Made by a program: the position numbers and the translations under genes. The notes under the pieces were generated by a model that was given only the letters and a program-made list of their open reading frames with translations, was not told where the DNA came from and did not search any database. This document shows positions 19,501 to 27,466 of a stretch of 64,000 nt of DNA, piece after piece. The stretch's first letter is position 1. The number at the start of each line of letters is the position of its first letter. Origin of the DNA: a virus (Duplodnaviria > Heunggongvirae > Uroviricota > Caudoviricetes); the IMG/VR virus record IMGVR_UViG_3300047472_000248, positions 52,315-116,314 of that record; one strand, written 5' to 3'.

Positions 19501-19961
19501 TGGTCTTCGACACCCCGAGCTACCAGGACGACCGGGCGGGCAAACTGCTCGCAGAGGGGAGCGACGAGCGCCCGGGCAACTACGAGGTCGTGCGCGCCGC
19601 GCTGAAGGGCATTGGGCTTCGGGTCGGCGACGGCTACTACACCGCGCTGGTGAAGGCCGCGAAGAACAAGGGCCAGAAGGAGCTGACGAACGAGCAGATC
19701 AACGGGTGCAGCAAGTTCCTGATGGAGGAGATTGCGATCCTGAAGCCGCCCGTCATCGTCGCCATGGGGAGCAATGCGGTGCGCTTCTTCGCGCCGGGTA
19801 TCAAGGGCTCGCCGGCTGACCTCGCCGGCAAGGCCATCTATCGCAGCGATCTGGACGCAACCGTCATCTTCGGCATCAACCCGGCGTCGCTGTTCTTCGA
19901 CCCGAGCAAAGAGGCGCTGATCGTTGCGGCATTCGACAAACTGGGCGAGCTTTTGAGCTGA
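16572..19961 (+). CDS. dnaE: DNA polymerase III alpha (DnaE-type) with C-terminal family-4-UDG-like domain
   Basis: PHP domain; [17 protein letters not shown]...[26 protein letters not shown]...DLDF polymerase core; C-terminal CEGCSF...FDTPS...[21 protein letters not shown]...GINPAS parallels UDG family 4 with GEAPG replaced. Confidence 0.85.
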   Translation: [1129 protein letters not shown]

Positions 19962-19968
19962 GCCAGTA

Positions 19969-19987
19969 AGTCAGCCCTGACTATAAT
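19969..19987 (+). promoter_or_regulatory. GTAAGTCAGCCCTGACTATAAT
   Basis: canonical unit after dnaE stop. Confidence 0.6.
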
Positions 19988-20008
19988 CGGTTCACTTACG
20001 GGGGATAC

Positions 20009-20470
20009 ATGACAGTCAAGATTCAACTCGATGCCGGGGCACTCGACCGCCTCTTTCCTGAGGGCAGCGAAGCCCGCGCCGACCTGGCGCGCGGTGTCGC
20101 CGTCTCGCTCTGCGAGAAGCTCGCGATCAAGGAAGTCAAGCACCTGTCGGACGGAGCGAAGCAGGCCGTAACCGATGCCATTCGTGGCGTGTGCCGCGAC
20201 GACAAGCTGTTTCTCGGGTATGACGAGCACACCCACCGTGTTCATGACAACCTGATGGCAAAGATCCGCATCGCGGTGCGCAAGCAGGTTGACGAAGCGA
20301 TCGCCGAGGAGCTCCGGGTCGCTGTGCGCGACAGCGTCGAAGCTGCCAAGCTCGACATCGCACCGGTGGTGCAGTCCCGCCTCGAAGCCTGGATGACGCC
20401 GGCGATGGACGAACGTCTGCGCCAGCGCGTCGCTCAAGTCCTGACCAACCTGATCTCACCGAAGGCCTGA
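20009..20470 (+). CDS. hypothetical protein
   Basis: 153 aa; follows palindrome/TATAAT site at 19969-19987. Confidence 0.5.
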   Translation: MTVKIQLDAGALDRLFPEGSEARADLARGVAVSLCEKLAIKEVKHLSDGAKQAVTDAIRGVCRDDKLFLGYDEHTHRVHDNLMAKIRIAVRKQVDEAIAEELRVAVRDSVEAAKLDIAPVVQSRLEAWMTPAMDERLRQRVAQVLTNLISPKA

Positions 20471-20472
20471 AC

Positions 20473-21006
20473 ATGAGCGACGACGCCGTCATCAAGTCAT
20501 TCATCGACCTCGCGCAGATGCGCCAGGACATCGCGATCAACCCGACCGACCTGACGACCGCGCTGCAGCAGCACGCGAGCCTGGCGGTGACCTACGGCCT
20601 GGCCGCGCAAGACGCCCGCCGCCAGCACGAGCGCTGGAAGACGGCACTCGAGCTGCTGGAAGCCAAGCTCGATGCCGAGCACCGGGCGACGCTGAAGGAA
20701 GAGAACCCGAAGACCACCGAGGCACAGGTCCGCTCGGCCGTCGTGAGCGACGCCCGCTGGCGCAGCGCCCAGACCCGCGTGATCGACGCGCAGCACCACT
20801 TCCGGCAGTGCGAGGTCGTCTACTCCAACTTCTCCCAGCGCGGCGACATGCTGCTGCAGATGGCCCGTGACTCCGCCCGGGAAATGGCCGGTGGCAGCGT
20901 CCGTATGCAGGTAGTGGCCGGCGCCATCGCGAACGGTTCGGACGGTCGTCAGCGCATGCTCGACAAGATGCAGGCGAATCGCGAAACTGCCACAGCTTCG
21001 ACTTAG
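20473..21006 (+). CDS. coiled-coil protein
   Basis: 177 aa. Confidence 0.5.
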   Translation: MSDDAVIKSFIDLAQMRQDIAINPTDLTTALQQHASLAVTYGLAAQDARRQHERWKTALELLEAKLDAEHRATLKEENPKTTEAQVRSAVVSDARWRSAQTRVIDAQHHFRQCEVVYSNFSQRGDMLLQMARDSAREMAGGSVRMQVVAGAIANGSDGRQRMLDKMQANRETATAST

Positions 21007-21012
21007 CCAGTA

Positions 21013-21031
21013 AGTCAGGACTGACTATAAT
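21013..21031 (+). promoter_or_regulatory. GTAAGTCAGGACTGACTATAAT
   Basis: canonical unit before the SSB-like gene. Confidence 0.6.
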
Positions 21032-21086
21032 CTAAGCGTGCAGATAGCACACTCAGAAAACTACCCACCACAGGAAATCAGCAACC

Positions 21087-22100
21087 ATGACCTCCTCACT
21101 TCTCCAGGCCATTCGCGACAAGAAGCAGGCGATGTCCGCCGGCCGCAAAGAACGCACCGCCAAGATCCCCGACGGCCGCAGCCGCTGGAAGATCTTCGGC
21201 ACCTGGCGCGCCGAGGGTGACCAGTTCTGGCACGACTTCGGCCAGCACTTCGTCAAGAACGCCGCGGGCGAGATGAAGGCGGTCTACATCTGCACCGACA
21301 AGACCTTCGGGCGTCCGTGCGGGATCTGTGACCAGATCTTCCCGGCGCTCAAGAGCGCGAAGCACAACGGCGACACGGCGCTCGAGAAGATTCTGAAGGG
21401 CGCCCTGGCCAACGGCCGCGTGCTGGTCAACGCCGCGCAGCTCGACGGCAAAGAGCCGAACAAGATCGTCATCCTGGAGCTGGCACCGACCGCGTTCGGG
21501 ATGCTGATGACGGCGATGGAGGAATACATCGACGCCGGCCAGGACGTTCTGAACCCGACGACGGGCAAGGACTTCACCTTCACCAAGGAAGGCACGGGGC
21601 TCGATACGAAATACACCGTCGGCGTCTCGGCGGCGTTCGTGCCCTGGAAGAGCGAGATCAAGCTGAACGACCTGGACGAATACGTCAAGCAGGAATCCAG
21701 CGATGCCAGCCTGCGTGCGCTGAACACCGTGCGCCAGGTCGCGGGCCTGCTGCCGGCGCCGGCCGCCGCGTCTTCCGCCGCCGCAATGTCGACGGTCATC
21801 GACGAAGAAGAATACGCCCCCGCCCGCATGCCGGCCAGCGCTCGCGCAGCTGCCCCGGCTCCGGTCGAAGAGGTGGAAGACGTGACCGCCTCGGTTGGTG
21901 CCAGCGAAGAAGACGAAGAAGCTGCAGCGATCGCCGCAGCCGAAGCGGAACTCGCCGCGAAGAAGGCAGCGATCGCCGCCAAGAAGACCGCAGCGGCCGC
22001 ACCGAAGCCGGCTGCACCCGCGCCGGCACCCGCCGAAGCTGCGGCCGTCGAGAGCACCGGTGACCCGGACGTCGACGACCTGCTGCGCATGCTGGACTAA
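21087..22100 (+). CDS. gp32-like single-stranded DNA-binding protein
   Basis: H...C-x9-C-x2-C zinc site (HDFGQHF...YICTDKTFGRPCGIC) with T4 gp32 spacing; acidic C-terminal tail DPDVDDLLRMLD. Confidence 0.5.
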   Translation: MTSSLLQAIRDKKQAMSAGRKERTAKIPDGRSRWKIFGTWRAEGDQFWHDFGQHFVKNAAGEMKAVYICTDKTFGRPCGICDQIFPALKSAKHNGDTALEKILKGALANGRVLVNAAQLDGKEPNKIVILELAPTAFGMLMTAMEEYIDAGQDVLNPTTGKDFTFTKEGTGLDTKYTVGVSAAFVPWKSEIKLNDLDEYVKQESSDASLRALNTVRQVAGLLPAPAAASSAAAMSTVIDEEEYAPARMPASARAAAPAPVEEVEDVTASVGASEEDEEAAAIAAAEAELAAKKAAIAAKKTAAAAPKPAAPAPAPAEAAAVESTGDPDVDDLLRMLD

Positions 22101-22121
22101 GCACCCCTTTCCCCGTGACCC

Positions 22122-22152
22122 CGCCGAGCCTACGGGCTCGGCATTTTTCTCT
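22122..22152 (+). terminator. intrinsic terminator
   Basis: GCCGAGCCTACGGGCTCGGC hairpin followed by ATTTTTCTC. Confidence 0.6.
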
Positions 22153-22169
22153 CCAGGGAAAGCTGCTGC

Positions 22170-23135
22170 ATGTCTATCACGATCGACATCATCGACGGCA
22201 ACTCGATCGCCCACGCCTGTCACGAGGCACCCCCGCTGACCGTCAATGGGATGCAGGTGCAGGCCATCTACGGCTTTCTGCGCACCCTGCGTTCGATGCT
22301 GCGCGAAGCGCCCTCGAAGCCGATCGTGCTGTGGGACGGCACCGCGCAGTTCCGCTTCGACCTCTACCCCGACTACAAGATCCGCCGGCGCACGCCGGGC
22401 GACGCAGAGCACGAGGCGAGTCGCGCCGCGTTCAAGAAGCAGGGGCCGCTCCTCGAGAAGGCACTCGAGTTCCTGGGCGTCATCCAGATGCGCAGCCCGC
22501 TGCTCGAGGCGGACGACCTCGCCCACCACCTGGTGCAGGCGATGCCCGGCCGGAAGATCCGCATGGTCACGGGCGACCGCGACTGGCTCCGGATGGTGCG
22601 GCCCAACTGCTCGTGGCACGACCCGATCCGCAGCCGTCGGGTGACGACGATCAACTTCCTGGACTTCACGGGCTACCACAGCCCGGATGAATGGGCGCAG
22701 GGCAAGTGCATCACTGGCGACATGGGCGACGACGTGCCCGGCATCAAGGGCATGGGGGAGGGGAGCAAGGAAACGCCCGTCTTCATCGCGAAGTGGAAGA
22801 CCGTGCAGGCCTTCTTCGACGCGGTCGACAACGGCACCTACACGCCCAAGTCCCGGGCGAGCAAGACGGCCAAGACGCTGCACCCCGAACAGTTCCTGGC
22901 CAGCCCCGAGGGCCGCGCGATCTTCGCGCGCAACGTCAAGCTGCTCGACCTGCGGCACGCCCGCAAGCCCCTGCCGGGCGAGGTCGTCACGACCCACGGG
23001 GCACCACAACCCGAACGCTTCAAGGCGCTGTGCGAGCGCCTGGCATTCCTGTCGATCCTCAGAGAGCTGCCGGAGTTCCTGCAGGCCTTTGGGGTTGACC
23101 GGGCGAGCACAAGCCCCGCGCTTGAGGCCGCCTGA
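22170..23135 (+). CDS. 5'-3' exonuclease / flap endonuclease (T4 RNase H / Pol I exo family)
   Basis: PIN-like N-terminus IDIIDGNSIAH, LWDG...DYKIRRR, GDRDWLRMVRPN; H3TH region. Confidence 0.75.
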   Translation: MSITIDIIDGNSIAHACHEAPPLTVNGMQVQAIYGFLRTLRSMLREAPSKPIVLWDGTAQFRFDLYPDYKIRRRTPGDAEHEASRAAFKKQGPLLEKALEFLGVIQMRSPLLEADDLAHHLVQAMPGRKIRMVTGDRDWLRMVRPNCSWHDPIRSRRVTTINFLDFTGYHSPDEWAQGKCITGDMGDDVPGIKGMGEGSKETPVFIAKWKTVQAFFDAVDNGTYTPKSRASKTAKTLHPEQFLASPEGRAIFARNVKLLDLRHARKPLPGEVVTTHGAPQPERFKALCERLAFLSILRELPEFLQAFGVDRASTSPALEAA

Positions 23136-23157
23136 CACCACCATCTGAAAGACAATC

Positions 23158-24201
23158 ATGACTCTCGACGCAGCCGCACTCGCGGCACTCTCCGCAGGTC
23201 TGGAAGACCTGCAAAGCGAAAGCGGAGAAGTTCTCGAGCCGAAGTTCTGGCTCGACCTGGGCTACGCGCCGATCAACAAGATCCTCAGCGGGGACTACAC
23301 CCGCGGGTTCCCCTACGGCCGCATGATCGAGATCGCCGGGCCGTCTGCCACGGGCAAGACCCTGATCGCTACCCTGGCGATGATCGTCGCACAGCGCGCC
23401 GGCGGTATCGCGATCTTCGTGGACTGGGAGCGCAGTTTCAACAAGACGTTCGCCGAGCAGCTGGGCCTCAATACGGCGTTCCCCTACTTCATGTATGACC
23501 GGGCGAAGACCTGGGAGTCCGGCAACACGTTCGCGATGCAGATCGCCGAGCGGGTGCGCGAGAAGAAGCTGATCGCGCCCGAGGCACCGATCGTCGCAGT
23601 GCTCGACTCGATCGCCGCTGCGGTGCCCAAGTCCGTGATGTTCGATGCCAAGGGCAACAAGCGCGGCATCGAAGAGCTGTCCATGAACGACACGACGGCG
23701 CTCGCCCGCATCACCAGCACGACGCTCAAGTCCGTCAACCAGTATGTCGGCGACTTCGACATGACGGCGATCTACCTCAACCAGATCCGCACCAAGCCGG
23801 GCGTGGCCTATGGTGACCCGCGCACCACCCCGGGCGGCGGTTCGATGGAGTTCTATGCCTCGCAGCGCCTCTTCACGGGCCGCAAGAAGATCATGGAAGG
23901 CACGGGCTCGGACAAGGAATTTAAGGGCTCCTTGATCGGCCTGGAGACGGTGAAGAACAAGCTCACCCGTCCATTTCAGGAAACCAACCTGCGCCTGATG
24001 TATGACGGCGAGGAAGGCAAGGGCATCGCCAAGTTCGACTTCACGCAGGGGATGATCGAGCACCTGGTGGAGCAGAGGGCGCTCCCGATGGACGGCAAGA
24101 TGATCGTCTTCGAGGGAAAGAAATACTACGCGGGCGTGCTCGCAAAGAAGATCGACGCCGAAGGCAAATACCCCGCACTCGTGGAGATGCTGCCAGTTTA
24201 A
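23158..24201 (+). CDS. RecA/UvsX-family recombinase
   Basis: GRMIEIAGPSATGKT Walker A in RecA-core context; 347 aa. Confidence 0.7.
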   Translation: MTLDAAALAALSAGLEDLQSESGEVLEPKFWLDLGYAPINKILSGDYTRGFPYGRMIEIAGPSATGKTLIATLAMIVAQRAGGIAIFVDWERSFNKTFAEQLGLNTAFPYFMYDRAKTWESGNTFAMQIAERVREKKLIAPEAPIVAVLDSIAAAVPKSVMFDAKGNKRGIEELSMNDTTALARITSTTLKSVNQYVGDFDMTAIYLNQIRTKPGVAYGDPRTTPGGGSMEFYASQRLFTGRKKIMEGTGSDKEFKGSLIGLETVKNKLTRPFQETNLRLMYDGEEGKGIAKFDFTQGMIEHLVEQRALPMDGKMIVFEGKKYYAGVLAKKIDAEGKYPALVEMLPV

Positions 24202-24234
24202 GTCGACGGGGCTGCTGCTGACTATCATGAATCG

Positions 24235-24579
24235 ATGATGCAGCAGCTTAAGTTCTCCTATCCACGTCGCGGCCTAGTCGGGAGCTTCAACACCTTCAGG
24301 CTCGGGCTCGCGCCCTCCCGCAATCTGAAGCCCGGCGAGCAAGTGGAGCTCGTCGCAGCCCGAACGGGCAAGCACCTGGGCTATGCCACGGTGCAGTCGC
24401 TGCACACCGGGTCGCTCGACACGATGGCATCGGCGCACGCAGCGCTCGCCCACAACTGGAAGGACCACCCAGCCGAGCAACGCGCGGAGCTGTTGAAGGG
24501 GTCCATGAAAAAGCGATACCCGCCTGGCCGCTGTGCTGATGATTCAGCGGTCACGGTCATTTATCTGGAGGCTTCATGA
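24235..24579 (+). CDS. hypothetical protein
   Basis: 114 aa; TATCAT -10-like element upstream. Confidence 0.4.
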   Translation: MMQQLKFSYPRRGLVGSFNTFRLGLAPSRNLKPGEQVELVAARTGKHLGYATVQSLHTGSLDTMASAHAALAHNWKDHPAEQRAELLKGSMKKRYPPGRCADDSAVTVIYLEAS

Positions 24580-24863
24580 ACGTCTACCGCATCACCTACC
24601 CCGAGTCGTTGGTGGCGGCTTCCCCCGACACTTGGAGACCCGTCTTCCGAGCGACGAAAGAGGCAGCGCACGTCACGGCAAAAGAGACGGTGAACGCTGC
24701 CTACTGGACTGACGTCTACATCGACGAGCTGGCGGTGGAAGCTGACAAGGGGGCGCTCATCACGGCATTGAATGGCTGCGGCATGTCGAACCCGAAAGTC
24801 CTCAAGTCCTGGACGCTCACCGAGCGTGGAGGCATGCACGAGTGCGAGAGGGCCGAAGCGTGA
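24576..24863 (+). CDS. hypothetical protein
   Basis: 95 aa; ATGA overlap. Confidence 0.4.
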   Translation: MNVYRITYPESLVAASPDTWRPVFRATKEAAHVTAKETVNAAYWTDVYIDELAVEADKGALITALNGCGMSNPKVLKSWTLTERGGMHECERAEA

Positions 24864-25039
24864 GCGCCCCCGACGACGAATCGATCGGCGAAAAGGACGC
24901 CTGGAATCGGGGCTACATGGCGGCCTCGCACGGCCGCAGCGAGACGAGCAACCCCTACGACGTGAACTCCGACCAGCACCTGTCGTGGAACGACGGCTAC
25001 CAGGCGTGGGTGGACGAGAACGAGGGGACCGACGAATGA
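24860..25039 (+). CDS. hypothetical small protein
   Basis: GTGA overlap start; 59 aa. Confidence 0.3.
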   Translation: MSAPDDESIGEKDAWNRGYMAASHGRSETSNPYDVNSDQHLSWNDGYQAWVDENEGTDE

Positions 25040-25398
25040 AGACGATCATCGCCGGCAGCCGCGAGATCATGGACTACGCGACCGTGCGTGACGTGGTCAA
25101 CGATCTGGTTTGGAATCGTGCCTGGGATATCACCGAAGTCGTCAGTGGTGGTGCCAAGGGCGTCGACCAGATGGGCGAGACGTGGGCCAACCGCAACCAC
25201 GTGCCGATCAAGCAGTTCATTCCCGACTGGAACGGCTACGCGGGCATGCGTGCCGGCCTTGTGCGCAACTCCAAGATGGCCGACTATGCCGACGCATTGA
25301 TCGCGATCTGGAACGGTCACAGCACTGGCACAGAGCATATGATTCGCGTCGCTCGCGAGCGTGGCCTGAAGGTGCACGTCGAGATCGTCAATGGCTGA
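25036..25398 (+). CDS. Rossmann-like (SLOG/DUF2493-like) nucleotide-binding protein
   Basis: IIAGSR...VVSGGAKGVD pattern; ATGA overlap; 120 aa. Confidence 0.4.
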   Translation: MKTIIAGSREIMDYATVRDVVNDLVWNRAWDITEVVSGGAKGVDQMGETWANRNHVPIKQFIPDWNGYAGMRAGLVRNSKMADYADALIAIWNGHSTGTEHMIRVARERGLKVHVEIVNG

Positions 25399-25870
25399 CA
25401 CCAAGATCGGCGAGGCCAAGCCCGACCCCTCGGGGCTGTGGACGTCCCGGGTGGTCCGCCGCGATCGCAAGTTCTACGGCGAGATTCGCAGCTACAAGCG
25501 GGTCAAGCTGGCCGTCTACTGGGCGCACCGCCGCACCGACGAGGAGTTCAGGGAGCTGGAGGCCTGGGCGGTCGATGTCGACACGATCGCCGCCTTGAAG
25601 TCCTACGCGGTGACGCACGTCGGCATCCTGGTCGAAGACGGCCGCCGCTACCTCGCGCCAATCAGTCTCTTCGGCCCCGCGGGCAAGGACGTGGGCGTGC
25701 AGGTGCTCGACTACTCCAAAGCGAAGGGCAGGGCACCCGGGGCGAAGGGTAAGTTCGGCGCGCTGCAGTATTACGTGCCGATCGCGCTGTTCAAGGCGCA
25801 CATCCCACCCATCGAGACGCGCGAAGAGACGCTCTTGGAGCGCATGCGTATTTCTGCTCGAAAGAGGTAG
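25391..25870 (+). CDS. hypothetical protein
   Basis: 159 aa. Confidence 0.45.
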   Translation: MADTKIGEAKPDPSGLWTSRVVRRDRKFYGEIRSYKRVKLAVYWAHRRTDEEFRELEAWAVDVDTIAALKSYAVTHVGILVEDGRRYLAPISLFGPAGKDVGVQVLDYSKAKGRAPGAKGKFGALQYYVPIALFKAHIPPIETREETLLERMRISARKR

Positions 25871-25897
25871 TCAGTCCTGACTTAGTCTACCTATAAT
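25869..25897 (+). promoter_or_regulatory. AGTCAGTCCTGACT + 9 nt + TATAAT
   Basis: GTAGTCAGTCCTGACTTAGTCTACCTATAATG. Confidence 0.55.
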
Positions 25898-25920
25898 GTG
25901 ACCTCATTGATACCAACCAG

Positions 25921-26625
25921 ATGAAAGGTCAAAGCATGAGAGACGAACGGGGTTACGCGATGGGTGGCGTGCTGTCTGACGACCAGGTTCTCGCCATGTG
26001 GGATATGGCGCATCGTCGGATGATCGACAAGGTCCGGGTCGTCGACCCGTCGGGCTTCACCCCGCACGAAGACAACGAGCTGATGCGCATGGCCGAGTTG
26101 CCCCACTGCGGCATCGACATGATGGCCCACTTCCTGCGCAAGACGCCGCTACAGATCTCGTCGCGGCTTGCCTACCTCAAGGGGCGCAAGGCACCCGAGA
26201 AGGTCGTCACGATCAACATCAACGGCGCCTTCGACACGGCAATCGTGGACGTGAAGAAGGCTGCGGAGGCCGCCAAGGCAGAAGCTCACCACCCGGGCGC
26301 CCTCACGAAGGACGGCTGCGTCTCGGCCCCGCCGAAGGCGCGCACGCACGCCGCGGTGATCAAGGCATGGGCGGACGGTGCCGACATTCAGTCGTTCTAT
26401 GCCGGCGCCTGGCGCGAGGACCCGCACCCGGCGTTCAGCCCGAAGGTCTCCTACCGCTTGAAGCCGGCGCCGCTGCCGAGCGCCGATGACCTGGCGAAGG
26501 CACTGCTGTGGCAGTCCATGAACCCTTCCACCTTCCTCAAGACCGATCCGGGCGCCGCGCACTACGACACCGTCATGGCGCAGGTCAAGGCGCACAACAA
26601 GCCGCTCACCTCGCTCGTCGCGTGA
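25921..26625 (+). CDS. hypothetical protein
   Basis: 234 aa; follows palindrome/TATAAT at 25869-25897 (alternative ATG at 25936). Confidence 0.45.
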   Translation: MKGQSMRDERGYAMGGVLSDDQVLAMWDMAHRRMIDKVRVVDPSGFTPHEDNELMRMAELPHCGIDMMAHFLRKTPLQISSRLAYLKGRKAPEKVVTININGAFDTAIVDVKKAAEAAKAEAHHPGALTKDGCVSAPPKARTHAAVIKAWADGADIQSFYAGAWREDPHPAFSPKVSYRLKPAPLPSADDLAKALLWQSMNPSTFLKTDPGAAHYDTVMAQVKAHNKPLTSLVA

Positions 26626-26990
26626 TGGCGCAGCAGCACCACGAAGCCATGATGCCCTCCTGGACCCGCTCGGCATGGGCGCTCATTCTCGTCAGCGACG
26701 GCATGGGTGACACCATCGTCGCCGGCAGTTTCGGCATCTGGTCCGACGTGCAGGAGATTGGCAACAACCCTGCCGAGATCGGCCTCCCCTACGACATCGA
26801 AGCCACCGGCAGCGCGCCGGGCTTCTACCTGTGGGAGGGCACCGTGTCGTTCGATGGCCTGGACGGCATTGACTACGATGGCAATGCGAAGCACCTCACG
26901 TGGGAAGAGGCAAAGCCGTGGTTCGACAAGGGTGCTGAAGCGCCGGAAGCCGACACGTCGACCGACGGCACGGTCACGCTGCTCGCTTGA
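26625..26990 (+). CDS. hypothetical protein
   Basis: ATG overlapping upstream TGA; 121 aa. Confidence 0.4.
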   Translation: MAQQHHEAMMPSWTRSAWALILVSDGMGDTIVAGSFGIWSDVQEIGNNPAEIGLPYDIEATGSAPGFYLWEGTVSFDGLDGIDYDGNAKHLTWEEAKPWFDKGAEAPEADTSTDGTVTLLA

Positions 26991-27394
26991 TCGCCGCCAC
27001 CGCGGCACTCTGCCTCGCGCTCAACGTGTATCACGAGAGTCGCGGGCAACTGATCCCGGGCCAATACGCCGTCGCGCTCGTGACCATGAACCGTGCCAAG
27101 GTGCTGGGGAGGGTCTGCGCGACGGTGTTCGCACCGAAGCAGTTCAGCTGGGCCAACCACGGGGTTCACCGCACCCGTGCCGGCTGGGTCATCCCGACGG
27201 CCCTACAGCCCCGTGACGAGGGTGCCTGGCAGCTCGCGCAGACCATCGCGAACCGCACCCTGGGCGGCCGCATGCCCGACTTCACCTGGGGCGCCACCTT
27301 CTACCACACGACCGCCGTCTCCCCGGCCTGGCGGCATGCAATGGTGGACATCAAGACGATCGGCGACCACCGTTTTTATGCGGTGCCGCAGTAA
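26987..27394 (+). CDS. SleB-like cell-wall hydrolase (Hydrolase_2 family)
   Basis: NVYHESRGQ...AVALVTMNRAK...FAPKQFSW...ANRTLGG pattern; TTG start. Confidence 0.55.
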   Translation: MIAATAALCLALNVYHESRGQLIPGQYAVALVTMNRAKVLGRVCATVFAPKQFSWANHGVHRTRAGWVIPTALQPRDEGAWQLAQTIANRTLGGRMPDFTWGATFYHTTAVSPAWRHAMVDIKTIGDHRFYAVPQ

Positions 27395-27420
27395 GTCAGG
27401 GCTGACTCGCTACCTATAAT
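27394..27420 (+). promoter_or_regulatory. GTAAGTCAGGGCTGACT + 7 nt + TATAAT
   Basis: after the SleB-like gene stop. Confidence 0.55.
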
Positions 27421-27428
27421 CGACACAT

Positions 27429-27454
27429 GCGGGGCGACTGCCCCGCGCTTTTAT
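27429..27454 (+). terminator. promoter-proximal terminator-like hairpin
   Basis: GCGGGGC-GACT-GCCCCGC then GCTTTTAT; 9 nt after TATAAT, 13 nt before ATG 27467. Confidence 0.5.
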
Positions 27455-27466
27455 CGGGGAGGGCTT

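Noticed and set aside
21096-23159. 687-aa minus-strand ORF
   Set aside because: Antisense to the SSB-like and 5'-3' exonuclease genes, which have recognisable motifs; Arg/Gly-rich artefact.
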